NCBI GenBank assembly: GCA_002633005.1
Contig: NMRA01000029.1
Location: 774,861-838,860 of the forward strand
Direction of reading: 5' to 3'
Length of the DNA stretch: 64,000 nucleotides
Source of the DNA: Phoronis australis
Taxonomy: Eukaryota > Animalia > Phoronida
The notes below the pieces were generated by a model, which worked only from the letters and a program-made list of their open reading frames with translations, was not told the origin of the DNA and made no database searches. The stretch's first letter is position 1. Each line of letters begins with the position of its first letter. Positions 38,201 through 50,300 of this stretch are shown in pieces. Both the position numbers and the translations under genes were made by a program.

Positions 38201-41200
38201 GCAATGACTATGGATATAGTGGACCCACATTACGCATAACCGTGTCGATGCTGATTTATTCCAAAATATTGATCTACGAACTCCGGCCATTACTGAACTA
38301 ACACGACTTGTGTGCACGAAAAATGCACTTATAAGGCAACGTTTCCAACAGAGGCAAACAAGCATCATGGAATGATTAAATCAAAGAGTAATAGAGAATC
38401 CTACGCTCGTCTCGGATTTATGACATGGGCAAAACTTCTGGGAATTTTCGTCAAAATCTTGAGGATTGCTGAGGGACTTTGACGAAATTTCCAAGAGGCT
38501 TTGCCTATGTCATCAATCTGAGACGAGTGTAGGATTTGTTTTCTCACATGAACCGTAAAAACGATCTTTTTTGCCAAAGAACTTGACGTGACCAAAAGTT
38601 TGAACCACATGACACAACTTTTGAAAAAACACACTTGCGCAATGTTAAGTAATTCTTTCACTTTTTGTTAGTAGTTTCATTTTAAGCTGAACAAATGTAA
38701 ATTGCATTCATCTTTCGCAGCAAATTTTCAAGTTAGAATCTATTATATAGTCTTTGAAGTTGTAATACCAAAACTACAAAATGTTTATAAATAACAGTCT
38801 GCAACTAGCAAGGCTTCCCCATGCATGAGCACTGAATTGACCTCGAGACAGCACAGCTAGGCAGTCTTTCTTGAGTTGGGCTCATCTCCATTTGAATGAC
38901 CGTGGATATGGAATTTGCTGCCGAAGATGGGTCTGTTGAAGAAGTTGTTTGCATGTCCTTCCGACTGAGAGTAAGTACAGTTGCGACACCCGATTTGTCA
39001 ATCATAACCTTGTCACCATTTCAGAATTCCGGCGTTATTTGGTTGGCGCGCATTTGGTTGTTTTAGTGTTTTGCAGACGATAAAATGTAAGGCGTATAAA
39101 TTTCTACTTTGTGATTCGCCCATGCAATATCAAAAAAATTCATACTCGGTGTTATTAACTAGTCGTGTCGTAACACATTCCAGGTGACATGTGAGAAATT
39201 CTAAAACAAATTGACATTTATCAACATAGGAAGATCACTGATACACTAAGTAAATTGCTTTGTTTCGTTGGTTGCCCCTCAGATTTTTCCGTTTCTGAAG
39301 AAAACTTAACCTTTGTGCAAAAGGGCCCTTCAGTAGAAAAAGGTTCATACCATGAAGTTAATGAAGCTTAATAAGAGCATGGAGAGGTCTCCAGTGCCTG
39401 GAAGAGAGTACCTAGTGGGGCCCCCGCCCCCTAGTACCTAGAGGGGCCCCCAGTACCTAGAGGGGCCCCCAGTATCTAGAGGGGCCCCCAGTACCTAGAG
39501 GGGCCCCCCAGTACCTAGAGGGGCCCCCAGTACCTAGAGGGGCCCCCAGTACCTAGAGGGGCCTCCAGTGCCTAGAGGGGCCCCCAGTGCCTAGAAGGGC
39601 CCCCAGTACCTAGAGGGACCCCCAGTGCCTAGAGGGGGCCCCCAGTGCCTGGAGGAACCCAGTGCCAGACTTCCCATCAAATTAGTATACTTTTCATGCC
39701 AGTGTTCCTCATTATGTGAACAAAGAATGTATCAAATGGAGTTCATTGGTTGCTTCAATTGTAGGAATTTCACCTACGCTACCTTGACCTAATGCAGTTT
39801 GAAGTTTACAATTTTGGCTTGACCTTAATAGCGAGATGTTGGCATTCAAGTTTTAACATTAAAATCATTGAAAGCCAATTGATTGTTTTATATTGCTATT
39901 GAGGTGGAAACTGGTTGTAATCAGTTGAATGATTCTGATAGCGCTGATAAAATCACGCCATAACAGTGTCATATGAAAATAAGGTCAAGATAGGAGATGT
40001 CATGGCCTTGGACTGACTATCTGTCAAATCACATGGTTTGTCTTGTGATCACCCAATGTCTGTCATAACAACAATGCCAATTATCTAACCCAGGTATCAG
40101 TAATTACCAGGTGACTCTGATAGCCAATTAAGATAGAAAGATACTGGTGCATTTCCCCCTTTGAAAGATTATGAGGGTATTAACTGTCACTATTTCAAAG
40201 ACCTGTGATTGATAATTTTTCAGAATGTTTCTTTTCATGTACAGCATTCAGAATTCAATGGAAATCATGCAAGCAACGAAAATCCGGCATTTGGTTAATT
40301 CCCAACATCCCAACCCTACAGATCAACGAGACACTCTGAGTATTTAACAGGAAAGTTAAAGACACAATATCATTTTCACAAATATCATTTTTTTTCTGGC
40401 AGGTTGTTTATTGTTGATATGTTGGGCCCCCATAAAACCACAACCAACTGTTCTGATTATGATAAAAAAGATGTACTTTTGACAACACGAAAATTGAATA
40501 ACTCCAATGAATCTGCAGAGATGTGCAATAATTCGTTTTTGTAATGACAAGCTTTCAAAAATGCTTGAGTTTTCGGTGAGTTTTTCAAGAATGGGGGGAG
40601 TTGGAAGTTCGACAAACCACAATATCTAAATGACAGATGTTGAAGGTAGTGCTGCAAATCACAAACCAGAGCCAATTTGTCATGCCTGGACTGGTTCCTT
40701 ACCCAATCTACTTATGGAATAGTATGAGCCTCACTATGGCAATGTAAAACTGCAACGACACATTGCAGTCAAAATAGTTATGGTCAAAAAAGTCTAGAGA
40801 ACTGACTTTCATAGTAAGACACGGCTTGCTCAAACGCTGGTTGGAATGGACACTGTCTCGCTAAGTACAGAAATTGATGTTAAAGTGAATCTTTCTATGG
40901 ATACTTGTCAAATAGACGTGTGACACCGGCTTCAATACAACTCCAAATTACATGTTTGTATACCCACATGAGGTTCACCTGAAAACTAATAAGTTGGTAC
41001 ACATCCTGGAAAAGCTGTGTGACAAATCATATACATGTGTACAAACTACTGGGCTTAGTCAGCTGTTATATCTGAAACAGCTGCGCTGCACATTTTTCAA
41101 AGCATAAATCAATAATGTTTAAATTTGTTTGATCCGACAAATAAGATACACCAACCTCAGAAAGCTACTAGCAAAAACGTTTTCCTTGTACTATGTACAA

Positions 41201-43093
41201 TATTTAAAATCCATCTCGCAAAATAACAACTGTGACAATTCAAATGAATACTTAAAGTAATTATTAAGTACTGCTTAAGTAGATTAAAAAGGTCAACTTC
41301 AAAGTAACATAAAATAAGAACATTAATAGTTTTATTACACTTGCTATAAACAGACGTTCTGTCTTAAAGAAGCAAACTTTTGATTTAGACAACTTACTGC
41401 AGCTATAAAATTGTGCTCAACTTGTTCCTTACTAAGGATGAGAATGACACGCGAATTGTAGAGCCTGACAACAAGCAATAACGAACTGTCAGCTCAAAGC
41501 AACTGGAAACATGTCCAATTTGACATTAAAAGGAATAATTTGAGAACAAAAGCTCTAAATTAACATTTGTTTCAAGGCAAATGTTTATACTTGCTTCAAG
41601 TAAAGAAAAACACAGTTCTGTTCGGAAGACAGTTTTTATCAGAATTCTCCACTAACTAGAAGCTAAAATGGATAGGATGCATGCTGTTCCAGCCAAAACT
41701 AAAACTCAGGACCTCGTACTTCAAAGCCACATGTCTTATTCCGCCGTCTAAAGAGCAGGTCGAATGATTAAAACAAACATGAATTTTACTACACTCACTG
41801 CCGATTCCTCACCCTAGCTAAAACACCGTCACATCAAAATGCACCAATTGAACTGCTAATTTATCACAATTTCCTCATTACATTGAGGTCACTAGATGAA
41901 AACTAATTATAAGTACAACTGTTAGGATTGTAAAATTGATGTGAGTTAACTATGATGAGACACTTCTTGTTTATGTTTAAGTAAGTCAAATTTGTCAATT
42001 TACTAGCTGCATCAGTCACTAATATTTACTCTTATTTTCATGTTTAGTATGACGTCAAATTGTGAAATTTGACATTGCAGACTATTAATCAAAACTATTG
42101 TACAAAAAATCAACACAAAATCAACATTTTTTGAAATAAAGTATTGTGCTATTTGAAATCAAAAATATTATTCAAATCATAATGTTTCACTAATTTAGTC
42201 ACAAGACGATTGTAGTTTTCTGGTAGCAAACTGTGCCCAACTCCCTTTCCTTGCTTTCATGAGTCTTGCAATGGTTTTAGTGCATCTTAAAATTAAATAA
42301 AAAATGTCAACGCTGTCCATTCTGCAAAACGAGATATCCCAAAGTAATATTAGTCATATTACCTAACCAGCACTCAATATACCTTCAACTTGTGTGGTCT
42401 AGCTTTAACTATGAAAATAAGTTTCACCTGGCTATACATCGAGAACTATGTACATGAACGCTCCATAACAAAAATGTGGAAACTTCTGAAAATTACTGCA
42501 GTGCCATTACGCTAAATCATCGTGAGAGACCGTCCGGAGTTGGTATATGGTGCAACTGTGGGCGGTCTGGGCTCAACAGAAAAGCACAGCTCTACTGCAA
42601 GTCTACACCAATGTGATAAACGAGAGTAGTAGTACTTGCTGCGTCAGCTGCAGGTATCATTATCTCATTTATGACACACAAGGTGTGACAGGGCAAAGCC
42701 TTTTCAAATTAGTCTAAGTAAGCCAGTGGAGTGTGAAACGCCTGAAGTCGCTGTCAAGTCTTCACAACAATTGCATGTATGCGGAGCATGCAAGTTTTAA
42801 CTTAAGAACTTCAACACAATGCAATAAAGAAGAAATTCATTGTTGTAAAACAAAAAATTTCATTTTCTTGGTGTGGTTTACAACTTCCTCATGATAGCAG
42901 TTACGTCAAATTTCTCAACACCACTATCCTGGATATGGCTATGTCTATGCCATGCCATGGTGAGTATGGTGGAAATGTTACTTACCCGACGACTATACTC
43001 TCCAAATAAAGGCCTCCCAGTGTCATAATAACTCCCACTAGGGACTGTGCCATTTCCATGCTCTCCAATGATGGGATTCCTTTCAGATGCCAT
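32202..43093 (-). CDS. TMEM243: Transmembrane protein 243 (C7orf23 homologue), 4 exons, 127 aa
   Basis: Exons (minus): 42986-43093 MASER..GRPLFGEYSRR; 37584-37634 DRVINLVFGIITSIAVI; 34066-34170 VTLVSAFIFPSWPPHGVHVYFACCIVLLCVSHLLL; 32202-32321 IYWYRQGDLEPKFRTLIYYNSFCILLLCVCANLYMHNVN*. All introns phase 0 and GT-AG. RPLFGE, DRxINLV and IYWYRQGDLEPKFR match human TMEM243. Confidence 0.95.
33169..33665. mobile_element. MITE (PIF/Harbinger-like termini) in TMEM243 intron 3
   Basis: aggctttttcatactgac ... gttagtatgaaaggccc; internal repeated gttaac and ttcgat motifs; CpG-rich against the background. Confidence 0.65.
36710..37532 (-). mobile_element. DNA transposon remnant with a truncated THAP-like ORF (37146-37370)
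   Basis: MPTKYYCCAVNCNSD..LKFFAFPT matches the first half of a THAP zinc finger; the CxxH half is absent. Imperfect cagag..acactcag / ctgagtgt-ctctg ends. Boundaries uncertain. Confidence 0.5.
39391..39667. repeat. GC-rich 19-20-bp minisatellite, ~13 copies, TMEM243 intron 1
   Basis: Unit cagtacctagaggggcccc with variable G and C run lengths. Confidence 0.92.
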
Positions 43094-43833
43094 TTCCAGT
43101 TCAAGGCTTCACCTTCTTTTCGGGAAGCCCAGTCAACGGGTTTGTGAATTCCAACGACTCTCACCACCGACGATTACGCCGTTATGAGAACCTCAAACCG
43201 TTTGAAAAAGTTTTCACAAATCCAAATACAAGAACAGAATAGACGTCAGTCTATGGCTGTAACATTCGTGTACGACTTTAGCCTGCCAAATACTCCCACG
43301 CTATTCCAGACACATCCATGCAATCATTAGACGAATGTGAGCTTGAGTTGAGGGCCCTTGCTCCGCTACTCGCTAGTTCCGCGACGTACCATCCGTAGAC
43401 GTAGACCGCAACTCACGCGTTTTGCGGACAGTCTGTAATGAATTCACCGGAGAAACTGCATACTCACTCAATTACTCTATAGAAGAACTGCGTGTTAGAT
43501 GAAACGAGACGAATATGAAAGCGCGAAATTGTGTAGACTGAGTTTAGTCTCTTGTTTCAGTTTTCCATTCGACCCAGTTGAAGTAGTCAACTCTTATTTT
43601 CACGAAAGACGCCGCTCCAGTCGGCCAGCCAACCGAAGCGACGTCTTTCGACAAAATAATTACTCTCGTATAATTCTTTTTTGTTGTTGTTGTTGTTGTT
43701 TAAAATTTTTTTTCTTAAAATTTTTTATTTTTTTTTATATTTTAATGTATATTATTAGTTATTTATATATAAACAACTAATATATTGCTTGTTTAATGTT
43801 TGCGTTTGAGGCTAAAAAAGTTCAGTTGAAAAC

Positions 43834-43926
43834 GGACATGTTCTAAAAATAGATCTACCTGCGCGCGCACTTGGTGTTTCACCACAACGTTGAAATCGGC
43901 TTGTAAAATTGTAGGCTATATAAAGC
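43834..43926 (+). promoter_or_regulatory. RBR gene core promoter: MEF2 site and TATA box
   Basis: CTAAAAATAG at 43843-43852; ctatataaag at about 43917-43925; first donor gtaagt near 44006. Confidence 0.55.
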
Positions 43927-44317
43927 GGTTAAAATGCTGCTTCAGGAGAGCCAGAACAAGATCTTTGAAGGTTTGAAGGGAAAAGAACATAGATTGAATT
44001 TGTTGGTAAGTTAGAAAATTGTCGTTCTTTTGCAAATTGTCCTGTATTTAGTCAGAATTTGTCTGGTTGGCTTACGGTTTCTTCCTCAGTCTCTTGGCCT
44101 TGGGATTCCCTTCAGGATTCACATGAAAAGTCGATGCCGATGGCAATAAAATATATGTGATCACCAATCGCTTGGGCGCTGCAGAAATGCAAATGGGACG
44201 TTGGGTTTTATATTGTCCGAAATCTCTATGTTTCTTCGTCGCATCTTTCCACTTCATTAAATCACCTTTTTCTGCATTTACTTGCAATGCATTTTAGAAC
44301 TCAGAAACTGCAGCAAC

Positions 44318-47300
44318 ATGGTGCAGAAGAAGGGTAAAGGCCATATCCACTCTGGAAATCCATTGAGGAAATGTCCTCAAAACTTGAAGAGCCACTATGT
44401 GAACTATTCGGCCATTGTAAAGCATGTTATCAACACAAATGCGTCTGCAAATGCTGACCAAACGCTTCAGGTAAATATCATTTCTTTGCAATGACAAGGA
44501 TAACAGAATTGATGTCCACTCTATAGCCTAGGAGATTACGTTGTAATTCGCCAGTTCTTTTGTACCATCGTGAAAGTTTGCACACCCAAAATCAACTTAA
44601 TAGTTTATCACACTCCTTACTTGTAATTTCTGAAAGCAGCCATGTCACATCTGTTGTTCCTTTTTAGCTTTGGAACATGAGCTGACAGATGATGAATTAA
44701 AATCTTTTGCCATTTTTTGCATAACATACCATTTCTTCCCATTGTTGACCTATATCTGCCTTCCAATTGAGAACTTGTAAGTAACTTAAAATGTATGATA
44801 CTGTTATGTTGCTGGTTAATACTAGTTTGGGCAATAGTTTGATATAATGTGCTCACATTTCAAGAACCAGATGAGGCCTGTTATTCTGCTGAGAAAACTG
44901 GTTCTTAAAATGGGGGCACATTATGTGATACTATTACCCTAGTTTGGAAAGAAGAAGATGTAGATTTAAGTGTTCATGTTATTGCGATGAGCATATTGAG
45001 GAGGTTTCTTATTTCCAGACGAACATTGTGTACTCTCTGAATAAAAAGAACCGTTGGAAGCTTGTCGATGACATAAAGCGAGAAGTTTTGACGAAACAGA
45101 ATGATCCTGAGGTCGATGTTCACGTATCACTCACAAAATATCACAATCTTGATCAGACGTCAAACTGTCGTCTGCACATGACCACCATGAAAGAGACAGT
45201 GTGTCGTCCCAAACCTGGTGCTACCTACTTCAATGCTAAAACGGTGGTACCTCATGTGGATGAGAATGGATTAAAAACGATTCGCAAACGGGTCGTCAAT
45301 AACAACCGCGTGACCTATGAATATAAAACAGTGCAGGCAGATCCAGAAGTGAGATATGAAGTGTATACTCCCAGTCCTTCCAAGGTTCTCATGGGTATGT
45401 ACTTACTATTCAAGTTACCGTACTCGCCGTAATAACTGCCCAGGGCGCTTAGAAAAGTTCGGTTCAGGGGGACGCTTATTATAACCCAAGGCGGTTGAAA
45501 CCCGGTCTCCGAAACGGGTGAAATCGGAAGCTAAGATTCATCAAATTTACACTCTGTGACGTATATGTAATCTACGAAAGACTTTCAACAAAACTGTGGG
45601 GCATTGCTATGAAACTTTGCTGCTAAATTACGATCATTTTACAGAAAATTGTGCTGAAATCCCAGGGCAAAAACTCGCCGACTGACTGCCTCGAAATCGC
45701 CGTCTTCGATATGGCGACTTCAATGCTTAAATAAAAATGGTTTCGACTCAAGCAAATTACCTGAAATCCTCATTAAGTTTTATAAGTAGCGTGTCTAAGA
45801 TTTTTTTAGTTTCCGTGGAGTCTGGATTACGGCAGGTTTAAGTACAAATCTGTGCAAGATCGTGCCATCTACATGTATGATCGGCAACACGGCGAGAAAA
45901 ATGTTTGGACGAACACACATGTTGTTGTCACATGACGTTTTGTTTTGAAGTTCGTCTGCGAGTAAGCAAGCGCGTGCGTGTTACTAGAGTTCATTTGCCA
46001 AAGCAGAGACCGTCTTTGGCCAGAGCCTTGCAATCTAACTAGGTAGATGTGTCTAAAGAAATTTGCACAAGCAGTAGGCCTAAACCAGAGCGTGTTTCAT
46101 TCAGCACTTGCCGGTCTCGTGCTAAAAACTTTCGACATTTGTCTCGGTAAGGCCCATATTAGTCGCCGTGTAGCTGGATGCGTACGGAACTATCTGACAG
46201 TTATTTTGTGATGTAAGGGTGTGCAAGCATTCACTGTCAGTTGTCATTTTATCGGATATTTGGCTTAAAAACACCAATTATGGTTAATCAAACAATCCAT
46301 CTCAAAAATAATGCAAACATATTTTATAGTATTAGAAATTGTCAGAAATTAATGCCAATATTCATTTCTTATCGATGCTAGGCTACCCGTTTCATGAATG
46401 GATAGTTCCCAACTAATGTCTTTGATGACAGGTATGTAGCGCGAGCTTCCTGGCCACGTGCGTTTATGTGTCTACTGAAAGGTCAGACCATAGTGGGACA
46501 CGGTCGTCGCGAGAGCGTAACAACACTGTTGCGTTCTTTTTGAAGCGCTGCGTTACTTTGAAGTGTAAAGTCACGGCTAAATACAAACGTAGCAGTGCCA
46601 CTGGTGGTCTAGAAGACCCGTGCAAAAATTTTGTTGATAAATTGAAGACGTTATTGTAGCCGAGTTTTAGGACTGTAGGTACGTCATTGTTCGCATGTAC
46701 GCATTCATGGACTATGCGCTTATTTCAGCAAAGTCTGAAAACGCGTGGGGGGCGCTTATAGGGGCATGGGCGGTTATTACGGCGAATACGGTATATCGCG
46801 TTTTACTGTTGTCCCTGTTATTACAGATAGTGTGATTAAAGGAAATCTCTTTACCACCCAGGCATTATTGCCAGAACCTCTAAAGCTTTGCTTTTGGGCA
46901 TTTCACTCAGTGTGTAATGGATACTATGACTTGAAGATTATCTATTAACTGACAACATAGCATTATACTCAGAGACTTTGATAAAGTCAACTGGAGTTGA
47001 TATTGAACAATCAGAGTTGTGTATTCATTGAAAGATGTAATCATTATGTATCATGCTCACAGCAATTTACCTTTCTCTAGAAAAATGATCTGCTAATATC
47101 CAAAAGATTGTTTGAATTTGTGTACAGTTTTGTTTCTAATATATTTGGTCTTAAAGGTAGTGAACTATCTTTAATTCCATTTTTGTTACCTTCAGTTTTC
47201 AGAATCATTTTGAATGTGATTAAATGGAAATGATCATCATGGACTCTGGTACTTTTTATGCATAAATAGATCACACCTGTTATGTGAACAAACTATGTTT

Positions 47301-50300
47301 AGTGTAGCAGATAACCATTCACAGTCACTTGCATGGTTTTTGTTACAGAGAAAGGGTGGATTGTGAAATCAAAGAACACTCACGCTACGAAACGCCGTAA
47401 GCACAAGGAGATATCTTGGGAAGATTTTGACGATGTGGACTACACAGATGAGGACGAATTGGACATTTCCGACGCACAGACATACAACACTCCGGACTGG
47501 GAAAATGGTAACAGCGACGGCAGCCATTGTCAAGTCAACAACAACTATCAAAAGTTTCTAGATAGATCCAGCTACTACAAGTCACCTAAACCATTTGACA
47601 CTAAAGCTAAAGTAGTCCTTGTAAGTCGTGATGATTTCCAGAAGCAGAAAGAGGTTGCATCTGAGGAGCAGCCTACTCTTTCCATCTGTTCATTTCTTGA
47701 GGAAACGGAGTCTATGTCAAGACGAGTAGGGATTCCTGTTGAGGCACTAGAGCCGGAATTCCTCAGAGCAGTTTATGGCGATCGGTACACCGAGGCTGCT
47801 TGTGTTCCCAGGCGATTCACCATTGATATGAGTGATGATGTTATTCAGTTTGCCAGGAGGATGAATTGGTTTCCACGTCCTAATTTGGAGGCATACGTCT
47901 GCTTTGCTTGTTCAGATGAGTGGGTTGCAGAAGACGGAGTGGAGATTGTCGAGTATGCTTTTCCTGTTTGTTATCCATTAACATCATTTTTATAATGGGA
48001 AAAGACTTTTCCTTGTGAAACCATTTCGGATCCTTGATTTTAGCCAGATTTTTTTTGAAAGTCATTAATTTTGTGAGTGTCTATAAAATTTAGGAAATTT
48101 TACCTTAAATCTGCTCTGATTTTTTGGGGAAAGCACTGTCAGTATTCTTCGTTCGCCATCTTGTGTTGTAGTGACTGACATTTGAAAGGAAAATTAGACA
48201 AGTCGCCTGATTTACGTCAGCCATTAATAAAATTGGTATGTTCCCTTTCAGTGTGAGCTTCCACAGTAATCTACACACTGCACCTTTTTGTGTGGAGACG
48301 CTGTGTGAGTTTCAAATGTACACGCCCCTGGATGTGATTGACAGTGTGTTGAAGTACCTCACGACATTACCAAAGTCATGGTAGGCTATAATCTCTGTCT
48401 CGTTTATTAGAAGTTTTATGCTTAATAATTGGTTGTCACGAAGTGAGAAAGTGTATTAAAATGTTTCTTTTTGTTTGTAATCTCATGTAAATATGTGATT
48501 CATTATCTTAAGGAAGACATTTGTGTCAAGATATCTATGTGCAAGTTTCAGCTAAAAGTTATGGCTGCAAGTTTGTGTTTCCATGGTTATCGTGATTTGT
48601 ATTAAAGAGCCATTTTTGGGTTTATGTTTACCCCAAACTTTTTTTTTAAAAGTCGGCTCCTCCAAATGAAGTGACTCGTACAAATACTCACTCCAAACAA
48701 AAATGTTTGCATTTGAAAGGCTCTTACGAGCTGGTTAATGGCCAGCCCCTGGTTTTTTTAGTTTTTAATATCAGTGGTGTTTACATGAGATATCATAATA
48801 TTATTATGTCGTTATTTTCAACTCCTTTTTTGTCTTTTTGCAGTTTTGAAAGTAAGCACCTGAGCATAAAAACACGCTCACAGAACAAGTTCACAAACTT
48901 TGACATGGTCAACTCTCTGTATGATGGAACAGTCCATAGTGAGATCCTTGGTGACATTTGCAGAAAAAGCACGAAAGAAGACAACTTCATTGTTGTAAGT
49001 ATTGTCAGCTTTACGCAAACAAAATATTTCATGAAGTCGCTCTCAATCCTCATACAGTTAAAGTTGAAGTAACATACTCCATACTCAAATCATGTAGTGG
49101 CTGTGAATTTTCCAGTTGAAGGTATCAAGACAATGAACGCCATTTAATTAATCCATGTGTAATGAGGAACATTTGTCATATTAAGGGTCCAACAAAATGG
49201 GGTCAAGCCCAAAACATAAACCAAAGCAGTGGTTTATAAAAACAGCACTGCCTGCGGGTTTTAACAACATAAACTAAAGCAGTGTTGTAAGTGACGAATT
49301 GTACTCAGTTATAGACGAATTCTAGAAAAAGCAAACTCCTTTGTCTTGGTATAATGTGTTGTATTTCATTGCAATTGTAGGATGCCAAATATGCAGTGCC
49401 TGTTGTCAAGGATGAACTCTGCTCCGTCTGCTATTCTGCTAGTATCACTAGCGCCACCTCTACAGCTCTGACCTCTTGTCTGCACTGGTTTTGTAATGAC
49501 TGCTGGAAGCGCTATCTTGTTTCAAAAGTCAGAAATGGAGCGGTCAAACTTCTCTGTCTGGTAAGTGTTGAGTGTCTTTTTGAAGTTTATGATTGATTTT
49601 GAATCGAGCTTGACCAGTTATGTCAATGTCTCTAGATGAGTTGTGGAAAAGTACTTACTGAGAGACAAATAGAGTGAAAGTCCTCTTAGGTACCAGTTTC
49701 AAAGTTGGTCATTATGTGTTTAACCAAGTTGTTAAGAATTTTATACTTGTAATCAGTTTTAAATCTAATCTGACCAGTAAAGCCTTCATGGCTAATTAGT
49801 AATATCGTTAAGTTATTTTTTTATTATTCGAGTCTCATCAGTCTAAACTAGACTCCATAAAATTCATTTGGTATATTTAGCAACAGCACTGCACCAAAGG
49901 TGAAAAGTGATGCTTTAGTTGGGTTGCTACTTTTATCTGCAACGTGCTGTGGTCAGCAGAATTTGATTTTAAAGTGGTCAAATATTCGTTTCTTTTTACA
50001 GGAGGCGTCTTGTGATTCTGAGGTGGACTACACAACACTGCTCTCCTTTGTGCCATTTCGTCTTGTAGGTGTCTATTTCCAACAACAGGTGGCGTGTCAA
50101 CACTTGTGGAAGTGGTGTCCCAACCCTCGCTGTGGAAATGTCTTAGTTAGTCAAGGTTTGTCCTTGTTGTGTAACAATACAGGTTTAAGAAGCTAGGTGC
50201 CTATTTATACCATGTACAGTTTTGCAAGTTGAATAGTTTCCAAGTTACTACACCAAAGTACTTATTCTAAGAAATATATAGGTGAAAGACGAGTCGTGAT

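Noticed and set aside
38805-39200. ORF MIDKSGV.. and an acceptor at 39201 as a TMEM243 exon 2 or microprotein
   Set aside because: No recognisable homology; the true exon 2 is 37584-37634.
39391-39667. CRISPR-like appearance of short repeats (also 8430-8580)
   Set aside because: Units are contiguous with no unique spacers, there are no cas genes, and the context is eukaryotic.
29400-43000. Apparent 14-kb ORF-free region suggesting a long non-coding RNA
   Set aside because: Explained by the four small TMEM243 exons, their introns and the 3' UTR.
43934-44005. Open frame MLLQESQ.. as the RBR start
   Set aside because: The ATG is only ~10 bp after the TATA box, so upstream of the expected start site; the 20 nt before ATG 44318 would also put it out of frame.
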